The translations under genes and the position numbers were made by a program. A DNA stretch of 63,989 bases, filler included, from Basidioascus undulatus (Eukaryota): NCBI GenBank assembly GCA_000826855.1. It is 3 parts of 3 records of this genome, joined end to end, with 100 filler letters (N's around TTAATTAATTAA, not from the genome) between each part and the next. Parts side by side here need not be neighbours in the genome. Positions count along the whole stretch, not along the records: positions 44,290 to 63,989 come from JTLS01000403.1; 2 more parts are not named here. One strand, 5' to 3'. Positions 51,217-63,989 of this stretch are shown here, in pieces; within the stretch, counting starts at the first letter, position 1; each line of letters starts with the position of its first letter. The notes beneath the pieces were generated by a model. It was not told the DNA's origin, did no database searches, and saw only the letters and a program-made list of their open reading frames with translations.

Positions 51217-52988
51217 ATGTACAAGACAGTATACCCACTTCGTACCACGGAACCACTGCTCACTCTGTCTGCGCCGCCGAACACGGGGCTTTCTCAACTT
51301 CCAAACGGAAAGAGACCTAGTATTGTACGAGGCGAGTTCTCGCCGCGATCACAGACTTTTACGGACATCCAGGAGGAGCTTTTCAGACAAAAGGGATCAT
51401 TGCCTGGAGTGAGGGCGAACAAAACACTTACTACGCAGCAGCGCAAAGAAACTCGGCCGACAAGCTTCGTCGCTGACTCTCAATGCCGCCAGGTCTTCGC
51501 AACATTGAATGCCAACAACAGGACTTGACAGGACCCTGGCTCTGCAAGCATCTGTCGACCACAGATAATTACCATGATTCAGATAAGATGGACATGCGCC
51601 CCCCATACGTTGGTTGTACAGCGACGCGCGTCGGAATAATTACGCGTTTACTCTGTGGGAAGATGGCCTGTCCCGCACTGACAGGAACGCCGCTGCTTGC
51701 TCGTCCGAACCTCGTGCCTCTGAACAACCGCGAGTTCTACGTCGTGATCCCCCACCTGAAGGGGCATTGCTCGACCAGGGGGGGAGTAATGTGAGCGTTC
51801 ACGCTGCAATGCTTTGTTGTGCTCCTCTTACGTTTTCAAACTCGTGCAGTGGTTCTGGAACGGCTACACCAACGTCTAGACCCGCAGGCTTACTCCAAGT
51901 GCGTATTAATGCCTGTTCTAACTTTCCTGCTGTATAAACAACCGGTCATTCGCAGCTGCGTCGACTTCGTTATCACGGGCGGGTCTGCTCCAATTACCAC
52001 TTCCAGCGCGGCGACGTCTAGCTCCTCCGTACGGTCGTCGTCCTCGACATCCTCGACTCGGCCTGCGATCTCCATCTATACCTCGTCGGCTGCCGCGCCT
52101 ACGGCCACTGGTCCGACCGTCAACGTCATGGTGGTATGCCCTTTTCTGCGGATACTGGCGCCTCAACGGGACACTGACAAACACTTGCGGCCTTAGCACC
52201 CGTCCGCAACCACCGTCATTGCGTCAACCACCAGTGTCATTGTTCCTCCTGGCGTGTGGCAGGCCTCATGCATTTATTTCTTTATCAGAGTGTGGAAGAT
52301 AAGGGCGGGCGGCTGCGTGCCGACGCAACCAAGAGTCCCTGCCGTGCACACGTAGATGCGCTTGAAGATCTTGGTTGACGTTTCTTCGAAACCGCATATA
52401 GGACTGTGTACCAGACAGTTACCCGTCCCGCCATCGTCGGCGCGACGCCGGCTTCGCAAGCAGGTGTCACCATGGTGACTGTTGATTTGAAGGGCAACAC
52501 GATCCGCCCTGTGGTGGCCACCAGGTACGTCCTTCAGGTATTTGTTCTGACTTTCTCCGTTCCGAATATTCCTAAATTCTTGAATGAACAGCATTGGAAA
52601 CGGTGGCGTGTGGATTACTACCACGTCGTATGTGACCGTCCAAGGCGGCAATGGTTCGTTTTGTCATGCGTCGCACCCCTTTGCTTTCATGCGGCGATAC
52701 TGACCGTACACGTCTCGCTGCACTACAGTTGTGTCAGCAGCGACGAGCATCCGGACCTTCGCCGCGCCCGTGTCTTCTGCCACTCCGACACCGACTTCGA
52801 CCAGGACTGCGACCACAACGACGTCTAGGCCTTCTTCGTCCTCCACGACGGCTGCCAGGCCTACTACGACTTCCTCGTCCGTTGAGTCGAGCACCTCTAA
52901 TCGCACGCCTGCGTCTAGCACCATTGCGCCGCCCCAGGCCGTTGGTACCGTCACTTTGACTCTGGTACGCCTTGATCATTCGGAGTAG
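51217..52988 (+). pseudogene. Degenerate AA16-like lytic polysaccharide monooxygenase with Ser/Thr-rich tail
   Basis: Motifs in AA16 order but in different frames: HG (51282), DFYG/IQEEL, WLCK..DN, DMRPP, GTPLL...FYVVIPHLKGHCST, QWFW, QAYSNCVDF, then long S/T-rich exons. 3' end uncertain. Confidence 0.6.
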
Positions 52989-53593
52989 AATCGGCATGCA
53001 AGAGTGTTCCGACGCCGATATCGCGTCCGCAGAACCCCCCTGCGACCCAGACGCTCTTCTCGACACAGAGTGTCATCGTGAACTGCGGCGTTTGGAGCGC
53101 GGTTGCGTCGTCCACCACGTTTACCGGGCCTGACTTCGACGTGCCGATCCCGGTCGACCGCAGCGGCCGGACGCTCAGTAACTAGCCTCACGAGCAGTAT
53201 CGTGCCTCCGGGTGTGTTTCAGACTGCGTAGGTTCTGTTCATACGCCGTATAAACTGCTCTGGGTCGACGAGCTGACGGGGTGAGGTGGTTTCTTAGGAC
53301 GGTCTGTGTGCCCGCGCCGACTGTTGCCCGCCGTAGCCGCCAGGGCCTGCAGTGGATCAACGGCTACTGAGCCATTCTCTTCTTTCTTTTTGCACTTCTC
53401 TTCCCTACTACACACGACGACCCTTACGACATTCCCATTTGCGATCTTGAGATAAAGAATACCAAGGTTCTAGAGCGATTTCTGATACGCATGCAGCGTG
53501 TGGTGTCTTGCCAAGTTCCGTCTCCTCTCCCCAACTCAAGAAGCAAACAGCTTTCTCACACAACTGGGCACATAGTCTCACAAATGTATAGCA

Positions 53594-55969
53594 TCAAGAC
53601 GCGCCCTCGATCACCCGCAGCTTCTCGCTTATTCGCTCAACCTCCGCCATGTTGCGCCGAATCTCGTCCTGCCGGCGACCAACGATCTCCTCCAAGCCAT
53701 CACGCGCCGTTCTCGGCTGAGCGAGCACCGCGTCGGAGACACTCCGATCGACCGCATCCTGCGACGACCCATCACACCAATCAGCTGAGCTACGAGCGAA
53801 GGCCAGACAGTTCAAGACAGACCTTCAAGTCCCATCCCAGGCCACGGGCAGCGCGGTCCCAGTCGGTCCAGAACTTTCTGCGCGCGCGCTCCCAGCCCCT
53901 CTGCACTCTCCGCACAGCCCAGACGCCAAGCAGCGATGCAGCGCCCGCGGCCACGGCGCCGTCCGCGTACCCCGTCATGAACGCTAGGTAAGCGGTCGCC
54001 CCGCTCGAGCCGGCGAGGACGTAGCTCGAGAGGAGGACGCGCTGGGCCGCGAGCTGGAGCGCGTCGGTCGGCCCACCCGCTGCCGTGAGCTGCGCGCGGC
54101 GCTCGACGATCGCGAGCGTCAGATTCGTATGCGTCGGCGTCGGGGTGAGGGACTCTTGCCGGGCGAGAGTGTTGAGGAGGACGGCAGAATGGAAGGGAGT
54201 GCCGGAGAGCGCGCCGAGCAGCTCCCGGGTGCGCTCATGGAGGTCGTTGCGAAGCGATACCAAGCGGCCGGCGTCGTACGTGAGCTGAGATGAGATCCAA
54301 AATTAGCAATCGCGTTTATGGATACCGTTCGTGTGAGTATGCGTACCTTGCGCTCTAAATCCGCGCCGAAACCGCGCAGCACTGCAGCTTCAGCTTCCGC
54401 CGCGATGTCGTCCACCCGCCACGGCAGCTTCCACCACGCCAGCCGGCGGAAGCGGCTCTCGACGACCTTTCGCCCGTCCGCGAGCGCCGCCTGAACCGTC
54501 GCCTCCGCACCCTCCGGCCCAACCACGGAGCGCGCCAGGGCGGCTGCGTCCGACTCCCCGTGCGCGTTGAACGCATTCAGACGACTCCGCAGCTTGTCCG
54601 CGTCGGTCGCCGCAGACGCGCATGCGGATGCGCAGGCGTTGAGGGCGCTCCGGGCGGTAAAGAGGGCGGCGTTCACGCGAGCCGAGAGCGCTGCGGCAAG
54701 ACGCTCCTGCGGCTGGGACAGCGACGGAGGGAGCACGCGAGACCGCAAAGACGAGATTCGAGATGCGATAAACTCGCTTTGAAAGGTCTCGACGGCTGTC
54801 GGGCTCGGCTCGGCATGGCCGAAGGCCTCGCGAAGCTCGTTGATCGCCCGGACGCCTCGAGGCGGCGCGACGAAATGCACTTGAGGGCGAGGAGAGTGGG
54901 GGTCGAGCAGGCGGTCGAATTCGCGGTCGAGTTGAGCTTGCACGGACTCGGGAGTGACGTTGGGCGCAGGCGTCGTGTCGACGAGAAGGTGGGTGTTGGG
55001 TTTTGAGGCGAAGGCGCGAACGAGAGACCGCAGGGTAGGCGGTGAGAGGAGGCGGAGGGAGTCGGTGAGCAGGAGAAGGTGGGTCGCGGAGTGGAAGTTG
55101 TTGGAGACAGAGATGAAAGTGTGCGAGGCAGACTCTGTGGGGAAGCTCCGCCATTTTGAGCAGACTGGCAGACTGGTTGGAGAGTGACTGCGCGGGGCAG
55201 TGACTCACCGACGAGCTCGACAAGACTGGCATGAGACTCCTGCAGCCATGGTACGGGAAGCTCAAGCTCGCTTGGGCTCGTCACTCGGGTCTGTTGGCCG
55301 AACGAGACCTCCCAGAGCCCTTCGCGACCCCCCGTGTCGTGCCGGTTGAAGAGCACGGCGCGGCGGTGCTCGTCGGATGAGAGAGGGTCTTCGAGGAGCG
55401 CGGTGACGAGATCTGAGACTGCCGAGCGGGCGTCGCCGTAAACTGCAGGATATCAGAGAGATCAGGACCAGGATGCGGTCAGGTCAACATTCCCGAGGAC
55501 AGCACCAAGCACGGCCTCTCCCGAGGCACCTCGTCCAAGCATGGTCAATGGACTCACCCAGAACGCGTGCCTTTCCAGTCTCATCCCCCAGAGCACCTAT
55601 TGCTGCGTCTACGCGTGCAGGCCAGACGGTGTCCTCCACAGCGGTATTAAGGAGGGCGCGGACGTCCTTGAGCCCGTTGCGAGCAGCGAGACGACGCGAG
55701 ATGGGTACGGCGACATCAGCTGCGAGAGCTGTCGCCGCGGCCGGGGCGTCTGCAAGGGGCGTTGATGAAGATGCTGCCGCCACGACTCCTCTGCGAGGGA
55801 GTGTCGCGTGCGTTAAGCTGCGGCCGGACGCGAAGGCGGTGTGTGCGGTACGAGAGAAGACGCCGGGAAGGGTGGTGGGCGGGTGAAGGCGCGTGAGGGC
55901 GAGGAGGGCACGCCTGGAGGCCAAGGTGCGGGCGGGAGCGGCCCTGGTGAAGGCCATAACGCTCGCCAT
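53594..55969 (-). CDS. Mmc1-like mitochondrial protein
   Basis: Arg/Ala/Thr-rich presequence; FRRLAWWKLPWRVDDI motif; C-terminal hydrophobic segments followed by RRVQRGWERARRKF. Confidence 0.7.
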
Positions 55970-56193
55970 TGCCGGCGGCGATGAGAGGTATTGCGAGCAA
56001 GAAGCCGCGAGAAGAGCGGGCGAGGCGGATGATGGTCGTGCAAGGGCAACAATCACGTCCGGGCTTGAAGCGGCGCAAGTGGTCGATGACGCCCTTTCCT
56101 TCTTGCTTCTCGACTCTCCTCCTTTTCGCCCCTCACCCCATTGCAACGCTCTCTTTCTGTTTCATAGACTGACTGGAGAATCTTTCGTCGATC

Positions 56194-58318
56194 ATGGGAA
56201 ACCTCATTTCCACTTACGCACCCCGTCCGCTCGACTATGCTCCCGCCTGGATTCGCGTCCCTGCACGCCGGCATCTTCGCCTCACTCAAGGCATCATTGT
56301 CGGCCTCTTCATCTCGCTCACATCGACCAGCCTTGCGCTCTGGCTGCAGCAGCGAAGAAGGTTGAAGGCTGTCGCTCGCGTCCCCCCGCGCCCCGTCGAA
56401 CTGAGAAGCGACGAGGTCGTGAAGGGTGTTACGGGGCTCATCGGTATGTTCGCTGCGTTTGACTTATTGCTGATACTCAAGTTGATATGCCCGTTGTTAA
56501 GGAAATACGCCGCTGGTCCGAATCAACTCTTTGAGTAATGCCCTGGGAGTAGAGATCCTCGTGCGTACTCAGCTACCCTCATCGTCTTCCATCTTCTCTT
56601 TGACACGCTGTCTTTTTATAATGATAGGGCAAAGCAGAATTTCTCAACCCGGGCGGCAGCGTCAAGGATCGAGTTGCGCTCAAGAGTACGTAATCACTGC
56701 TTTCCGCTGTCGTGGCCGTTGCTCATGTTGCCCTGGGTCAACCGCAGTCATCGAAGACGCTGAAGAGCAGGGGCTTCTCCATCCCAACACCGGCTCATGC
56801 ATCTTCGAGGGCACCGTTGGGTCAACAGGGATCTCGATCGCGACCATTGCAGCCTCCAGAGGGTCCGCAGATGACTTCAGCGACACTTTGCACGTGCTTT
56901 GACTAAAGTTTCTCCCTCGAACAGATACAAAGCCCGTTAGTCACCCAACATATACAGTTGCTCTATACGTGAAGCGTCCTGACCCGCAAACAGACATCAT
57001 CATGCCCGACGATGTCGCGACCGAGAAATCCGAGCTGCTCGAAAAGCTGGGTGCGACGGTGGAGAAGGTAGCTTCAAGAAGTTCCGTCCCCTCGACGCTG
57101 AGCGAGGCTCACACGAACAACTTTGCAGGTCCGCCCAGCGTCGATCGTCGACAAGAAGCAGTTTGTCAATCTCGCCAAGCAGCGCGCGCTCGAATTCGGC
57201 CGCTCGTTCCTGCCCGTAGGCCAGGACGACCTCGCGGTCAGCTCGCGCGCGACGCAGGCGCAGGTCTCGCACGTCCAGGGCGCCAGCGCGGCGGACGATG
57301 AGGCGGTCGAGCAGGAACCACGTGGTGTGCGTGCGGAAGTACCTTGCTGCTGCGTGGCCGCATGTGACTGACCTGTAGTCCCATGCAGTTCTTCGCCAAC
57401 CAGTTCGAGATCGATTCGAACTGGCGAGCGCACTACGAGGGCACCGCACCGGAGATCTGGCGCCAGAGCAATGGCAACGTCGACGTGTTCATCTCGGGCG
57501 CTGGTACGGCTCATGCTTTCTTCCTTCCAAATACATCGCAAGGACGCTAACGACCAATCGCTAGGGACCGGCGGAACCCTATCGGGCTGCGCTACCTATC
57601 TGCGGCAAGTCAGCCCGGGCACAGAGATCGTCTTGGCGGACCCGGAAGGCTCAGGACTCTTCAACAAGGTACATACGCTAGATGAGCCCCTTTGCGGCGA
57701 TGCGGCCCTCACGTCCGCTGCGCAGGTCAAGTATGGCGTGATGTTCGCACCCCAAGAAGCGGAAGGTCGCAAGCGCAGGCATCAGGTCGATACTGTGGTT
57801 GAGGGAATGTGGGCATATTCTCTGTTCATATACCGCACGAAAGCGGTCGCTGACGTCGTGCTGTGCTCAGCGGTATCAACCGAATTACGAGGAACTTTGA
57901 ACAGGGCGAACACCTCATCGACGATGCTATCAAGTGCGCGACACTGCATGATAGGTTTCCACTCCGTGCGCTCATAAGCTCTCTCTCCAGAGTTACGGAC
58001 GAAGAGGCAGTCTCGATGTCACGGCATCTCGTCCTGCACGACGGCCTGTTCCTGGGGTCGTCTTCCGCTTGCAACCTCGTTGCAGCGGTACGCATCGCGA
58101 AGCGCCTCGGAAAGAACAGCGGGAAGACAATCGTCACCATTCTGTGAGTTGATTTTCTCAGTTCGCAGCGCGGAGCTAGACAGCCTGATGGCTCACGCGT
58201 TGCTTCGTTCAGGTGCGACTCGGGCGCACGGCACCTCAGCAAGTTCTGGAGCGATGACTACTTGCAGAAGGCTGGTATTCGCATCGACCCTTCGATCCAA
58301 CACATTTTGGATGAATGA
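56194..58318 (+). CDS. Cysteine synthase-like PLP enzyme with N-terminal membrane anchor (Mcy1-type)
   Basis: GLIGNTPLVRINSLS, KAEFLNPGGSVKDRVA (PLP Lys), EGTVGSTGIS, GAGTGGT, HQVDTVVEGIG, DGLFLGSSSACN, TILCDSGARHLSKFW. Confidence 0.92.
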
Positions 58319-58888
58319 GCATAGATGCCTGTCTTTGTTTCCGAGTGACTCGATCGAGGGTTTGCTTTCCGTTCCTGTCGAGCTGATCGGCTCACACGGC
58401 TTGGACGCTGTTTACCGTCGCACCGCGTCTCGCAGGTGATCGACTGACTCGCTCACGCCACCTTGCATGTTTGTTTTCCGTTGCACCATGCGTCGCCGAG
58501 TCTCATGATCAGGAGGAATGGGAAGAGCGTTCCTCACCTCACCTCGCCGAGCGCACTTTACCCCTGCGAACCCCTGTCCCTGCTTCCGCAACTGACACAT
58601 CTGAAGCTCGCGCCTGCTTTCCTCGCATGCCCGCCTCGGCTCGAGGCACTATCCGTCGGTGAGCCGATTCCTGAATCTGCAGGGAATGTTGCCAGAAATG
58701 CTGAGGGACATGCTGCGAGGGCAGGATACCACCCCTGAAATTGACCGGCAGCGCTAGCGTCTTCGAGGCTTCGCTTCGCATGAGTCTCGCAGATGTGAAT
58801 CCGCCTGTGCGTTCTTCTATTAAACGGCACGCAGACCGAAAATTTCCGCCCTTCTGTTCCCCCGTTACGTTGGGCAGCGTTCATCGTC

Positions 58889-60082
58889 ATGAACCATCAC
58901 CAGCTCTCTCCCGTACCGGCCAGGTCGTACCGCCACCATCTCTCCCTCGTACCGGCCAGCTCGCACGACATCCGTCTTCTCCGCTTGATGAGCTCTGCCA
59001 TGAGCCCACGGATGATTCGTGAGTGTCTCGATCTCTCATAACTTGGCAAGGTTCCAGTGGGCTGATATCCAATTCAGATCACATCGTTCAGCGCCTCGAG
59101 GACCTCATGCCGACGCGCCCGAGCGGGTTACAGACGCCCCCGTCCTCCCCTGTCAAGGCGGTATTCATACCGCCGGTGCCGCCGGGCCTTCCCAGCCTCT
59201 TCTCCTTCATCTCGACCGTCTGCACCTACTCGCAGGTCCGCGCGCCTACGCTGCTGTCGACGGTCGTGCTCCTCGACCGGCTGGCGACCTTGATGCCGCG
59301 TGCGACTCACGGTACGTCCCTGCGCTGTCGGAGGCTCTCTTCGCACAGCACTGCTCACTCACGCCTCTGAAGCAGGACGGTTTGACGCGCCCTACCGCGT
59401 CTTCTTCGCCACTCTCATTATCGCTTCAAAAGGCTTGAACGATGTCTGCCTCAAGAACCGGCACTGTGAGTCGTTCCTACCCGAAAGTCACCGCTGGCAT
59501 TCGGTTCTGACATACTAGGGAGCTCAGGGCAGAGGTACGCTTACAGGAGCATCGCTTTCGACTTGGCGGAAATCAACTTGATGGAAAAGCAGATGCTTTG
59601 TGAGTCGCCAGAATTGCACCGAAAAGCAACATGCTACGCTAGCGTTTGCTGACTGAAATCCTTTCCCCTTGTCCGCAGCCCTCCTCTCATGTACGACGTT
59701 CTCTCCTATTCGACCTCATGCGAGCTTCGCTGAATCGCCCCCCAAATCTGCAGACGACGTCAATATTACGGAAGAAGCGCTCCTGCATTCTCTCGGACCG
59801 CTGCTGGACCGCCCAACTCTCTTCCTCGAGCGCAGCCCCAGCCTCCTCGTCCCGTACGACCACCGCTCCTCCACGGCGGCCAGCGTCCACTTCCCGCCCG
59901 AAGCGACCTGCGCGAATCGACCCAGGACGCCTGCGCTTATCTCCCCGCCGCTCTCACCCGAGCACCGCGCTGTGACGTACAAGCCCGACCGCACGCCGGT
60001 GGTCCTCCAGGCCCCGCCGCTCAAGTGCCATCGACGCCGATACGCCATGACCGGGCCCATCTCCTCCGAATACCTTCACTAG
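58889..60082 (+). CDS. Pho85-type cyclin (Pcl1/Pcl2-like), copy 1
   Basis: PSLFSFI...SQVRAPTLLSTVVLLDRL, YRVFFATLIIASKGLNDVCLKNRHW, EINLMEKQML: cyclin N-terminal box. Confidence 0.85.
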
Positions 60083-60927
60083 CGATCGCTTAATGTCGCC
60101 TCCCCTTCCAACCCTCTCACGGCCTGAGGAACACTTTGCTTACTTCTTCCTTTCTGGCCCACACACACGTTCTTTGTTGACCCCTGCGGCCCTCACACAC
60201 TTGCATACCCTGGCTTCATCCTAATTTATATCTTATATGCGCTCTACCCAATTCTTAGTATATCATCTCTGCTCGATACCTTCAATTTAATACCTGGCCG
60301 AGTTTTCTGAATCGCGCCGTTTGGACTGTTCTGAAGCAACGACGGATCGCTTTCAGTCTTCCAGAGCAGAGCGTTGTATAGACCTCTTCTTCATTCATGT
60401 TTGAATTGCTGCACAGCCATGCACTGCGGTCGGCAAACATTGTTCGCTGGACGACCAGCGCGCAGAGCCACGTACTTGACATTCGTCCAACGCACACGTT
60501 CACAGTCTAAGATTCGCTTCCGCATGCACGACAGAGTTCTGTCGAATGGACATACAAAAGCAACACACCATGTGCGAGTGCGACTAGACTGCACGAGTAT
60601 CGTTCAACAACGTTCAATGTCAGTCAATCAGTAACCGTCGGCGCCTCAGTCTGTCTGCGCGCTAGCTGCCGGTCCCCCCCGCCCCACAGCCCAACTTCAC
60701 GCGTTCACCAGTATTTTGTATATAACGTGTCGATGAGCGCTGAACGCAGACGGCTGGACCCGTAGCCCACACGTATCGAGTCAAGCAATAGGCAGGGAGT
60801 GCGCTATGCAGTCGGGGCTCGGGACGAACGCAGCAGTCATGCCAGAGAGTACATTCGGAACGGAAAGCATGGGTCGTAGGCATACAAAGTGACAGGCTGC
60901 TCGTCCCACAGACGCCGCCGCGGACGC

Positions 60928-61896
60928 TTAAGAACGGGGCTTCTCTGGAGGGATGGGGCGAAGAGACATCAGAATTGGATCGAGCACGAGGGATGCGAGA
61001 TTAGGAACAGGGACTCACCCTTCTTCTCGCTGTGGTACGCACAACCAACCACCCAAGTCAGTACCGCCGCCAGATGCCCATGCAAGGTGAGTAACGAACC
61101 GGAAAAGGGCGAGGAGCTGCAGAGTGGACGTAGGTCAGCGAAGGAGCCTCTCGGTTAGTAGGAAGGGAACCTAAACGTACACCGACACCCGAAACCTTGA
61201 CGACCTTGAAACGCACACCGGGAATGTCACCCTTCGCCTTGCCCTTACGACCGAAGCCCGAGATGAGGACCTGATGCACCCGCAGCCGTGAGCGTCCGCT
61301 TCGCCTCGTAGCCCGCCCAGTGCCCTAGCCATCCCCGAGTTCCCCGCATTGCCCGCCAAATTGAGAGGTCCGCTCACCTCGTCGTTCTCGTCGACGAAGT
61401 TCAGGCAACCGTCGTTGGGGACGAAGGCGGTGACCTAAGGTCCGACCACAAGCAAGATTGAGTTTGAGTCCCAAAAGCCGCCCGCACTGACAGCTCGGAA
61501 AAGGGACGAACCTTCTTGCCGTTCTTGATGAGCTGGACACGGACACACTTGCGGATGGCCGAGTTGGGCTGCTTGGCCTCAACGCCCACCTTCTCGAGGA
61601 CGATGCCCTTGGCGTGGGACGCGCCGGCGGTCGGAGACGAGCGCCAGACGTTGCCGAGCGCACGCTTCTTGTACGCCTTGTCCGCCTGCATTGCGAGAAC
61701 CCCCAGGTCAGCTTTGACGTCGCGCAGGTGCACCATTTGGACCGCGAGGATAGAAGACGTGCCCAGCGGTTCTCGCGACGGGACGTGCGGAGCTTCCTGG
61801 CTGCTTGGAGACCGCGCGGCTGTTGGGGGGGAGACGGATGAGCGGAAGGGATGGGTGAGAGGGTGGACGTAGGTAGCGGACCTTGTTGGAACCCAT
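60928..61896 (-). CDS. RPS23: 40S ribosomal protein S23 (uS12)
   Basis: [61 protein letters not shown], ends EKKEKPRS*; micro-exons; 5'-UTR intron 61904-62280. Confidence 0.97.
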
Positions 61897-63072
61897 CTTG
61901 ACGCTGAATAAAGGGGAAAGGGGAAGAGGGAAGAGGGGCGTCAGCGGTTGAACGCACTTGGGAGAAAGCTGCAGAGTGTGCCCGGCGGCCGCCCGTCTTC
62001 TCCTGCAGATCACCATAGAATCTCCTTTCCCAACACATCCTACTCATGCACATCCATTGCGCAGATGCACCGCATCCCCCACCCATCCGAAGTGCGAGCA
62101 CGGCGGCGGGCGCCCCTCCTCCGCCAGAGGGCTCTGCGTGCCCGGGGGGACGCCCAGGCGAGAAGACGCCGGAATAGGGCGATATCGGTGTCGATGGAAA
62201 GATAATTGGACGGCGGGGGTGATGAGGTGTACGTTGGGACGTCGTGTGGTGTGTATGCGCTATGAAACTGGCATACTCACGTTTGGCGGCGAGAGTGAGG
62301 CGAGCACCAAAGGGAGAACCACGAACGATGGAGATTTTGGGGGGAGGGCGGTATAGTAGTTTTAGTATGTAAGCAAATTGTGCCTGTCGCTTGTGCGCTT
62401 CAGAGACTTCAGGGGCGGCTCCGCCCGACTTCGCCATGGAAGCGCGTCTCGAGCATTGTTTGTCCTCTCCATCCCTTCTTTTTCACACATATCTTCAAAC
62501 TAAATATTATTCCATACTCATCTCGTTTGCAGCACTTTCAAACTGAGGACTGTCAACTTTCAGCTCGCCTCCGATCCCAGCTTACCCAGTTTCGATTCTC
62601 ACTCACCTCAGACATCGCCCCTTCGCCTCGCCTCCCTTCGCTAACCAATACTTACTCATTTCTATGCACTGACCCCTTTCAATTGATTCCATCGCGCATT
62701 GCCAGTCCATTTGCCACTGATGCCTTATCGGTTTCGGCCGGCGTGTGTTGTAGGTCTCGATCTCAACGCACGCCCGCCCCCTCACTGCATAAAGCCCGCT
62801 CTCCTCCTCTACCTCGCTCTCTTCCCCTCAGAGCTGCGCTCAATCGCTATACCCGTCGATTTCTATACCACGCTTACACTTGCGCCGGTCGCCTCTACCC
62901 TCATCCTCTCCCTCGTCGCTCACGCTCCGGCAGCCCCTCATCCTCCCCATCCTCGTCGGCAGCGCCGGCTGTCCCTACCCTCGACCACAATCTCGCATTC
63001 GCGTTCCGGAACCGCGACTTTGCACCTCGCCGTTGAATTTGTAATACCCTACACCCATTCTGGCCCCTCACC

Positions 63073-63989
63073 ATGATATCTCTTCACGCCTGCACCACCC
63101 GGCGCCACTACGCCTCCCTCCTCCCCATCCACGAGCATAAGCCCGCGGTCCTTACGCTCATGCGCGCCCCGGTCTCGGACGCCATGATAGGTGCGTTTCT
63201 CTTCTCTCCGCACCACCCGATCCACCCTGGCCTCGCACTCATCATCTCCTCTCCCCGACAGACCAAACCGTCTGCCTGCTCGACACCCTCATCCCCATGC
63301 GCCCTCACCGCCTGCCCCCGCCCGGTCTCGCGCCCCCGACGAGCCTGCGCGACTTCGTCATCACCGTCGTCGACGGCAGCGGCGCGGCCGTGGGCACGCT
63401 GTTCTCGGCGTTCGTGCTGCTCGAGCGTGTCGCTCGTAGCTTGCCCGTGACTGCCAAGGGTGAGTGTCTGGACCTTCGCTGCTTTTGTTGACGCGGCGGG
63501 GCGGGACTGACGGGGAATATGGGGCTGTTGGGATAGGCATGGCGTGCACACGGCACCGCATGTTCTTCACGGCGCTCATCATCGCCGCCAAGTCGCTGCA
63601 CGACTGCTGCCCACGGAACAAACACTGTCCGTGCCCTTCATCTGTCCTCCGCCGAGCTCTTCCTTCCCCACTCTCGCTCATCTCGGCTCCATGCCATCTC
63701 GAAACCAGGGAGGCGCTACGCTGCCCCTGCGTTCCTCTTCAGCCTCTCTGAGATGCTCATCATGGAGCTGTACGCCGCTCACACCCCACTCGTTCTCTTC
63801 CTTGGCCAAACCTCCGATCTGACCTCGCCATCCACTGTGTCAGGCAATTCCTCGCGCTTCTGAACTACGACACGCAGATCACGCCCTCCGAGTTCTACGC
63901 ACACATCACGCCCTTCCTCCGCCCCGCACCGATGTCCCGCCCCCTCCCGACGCCATCCACCTCCCCCTCACTCACGTCGTACGACAGCC
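63073..63989 (+). CDS. Pho85-type cyclin (Pcl1/Pcl2-like), copy 2; runs off the window end
   Basis: RHYASLLPIHEHKPAVLTLMRAPVSDAMI, SLRDFV...TLFSAFVLLERV, GMACTRHRMFFTALIIAAKSLHDCCPRNKH, QFLALLNYD. Confidence 0.82.

Overview
Intron-rich, GC-rich fungal genomic DNA that looks basidiomycete (short GT-AG introns with CTRAC branch sites). It is three contigs joined by artificial 100-nt N spacers carrying a TTAATTAATTAA linker (22078-22177, 44190-44289), so adjacency across the gaps is unproven. The ORF track misleads because almost every gene is spliced; I rebuilt gene models by eye. Contig 1: HP1/Swi6-like chromo/chromoshadow gene, TSR4/PDCD2, Sfp-type phosphopantetheinyl transferase, carnitine acetyltransferase, a tandem pair of small hydrophilic paralogues, and two class I terpene synthase paralogues flanking an alpha/beta-hydrolase-like gene. 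Contig 2: tRNA-Val, PrpD, a GPAT/DHAPAT-family acyltransferase ending in a PTS1, GST, a Git3-like GPCR, PRKRIP1 and tRNA-Asp. Contig 3: tRNA-Leu, TRM112, Fun30/SMARCAD1 with one in-frame TAG, a decayed AA16-like LPMO, an Mmc1-like gene, cysteine synthase, and two Pcl-type cyclins flanking RPS23. Most notable: the duplicated terpene synthase locus with a 28-bp promoter repeat array, a snR75-type box C/D snoRNA inside the 5'-UTR intron of TSR4, and the lone premature stop in Fun30. Family calls rest on recalled motifs; no database searches were run.
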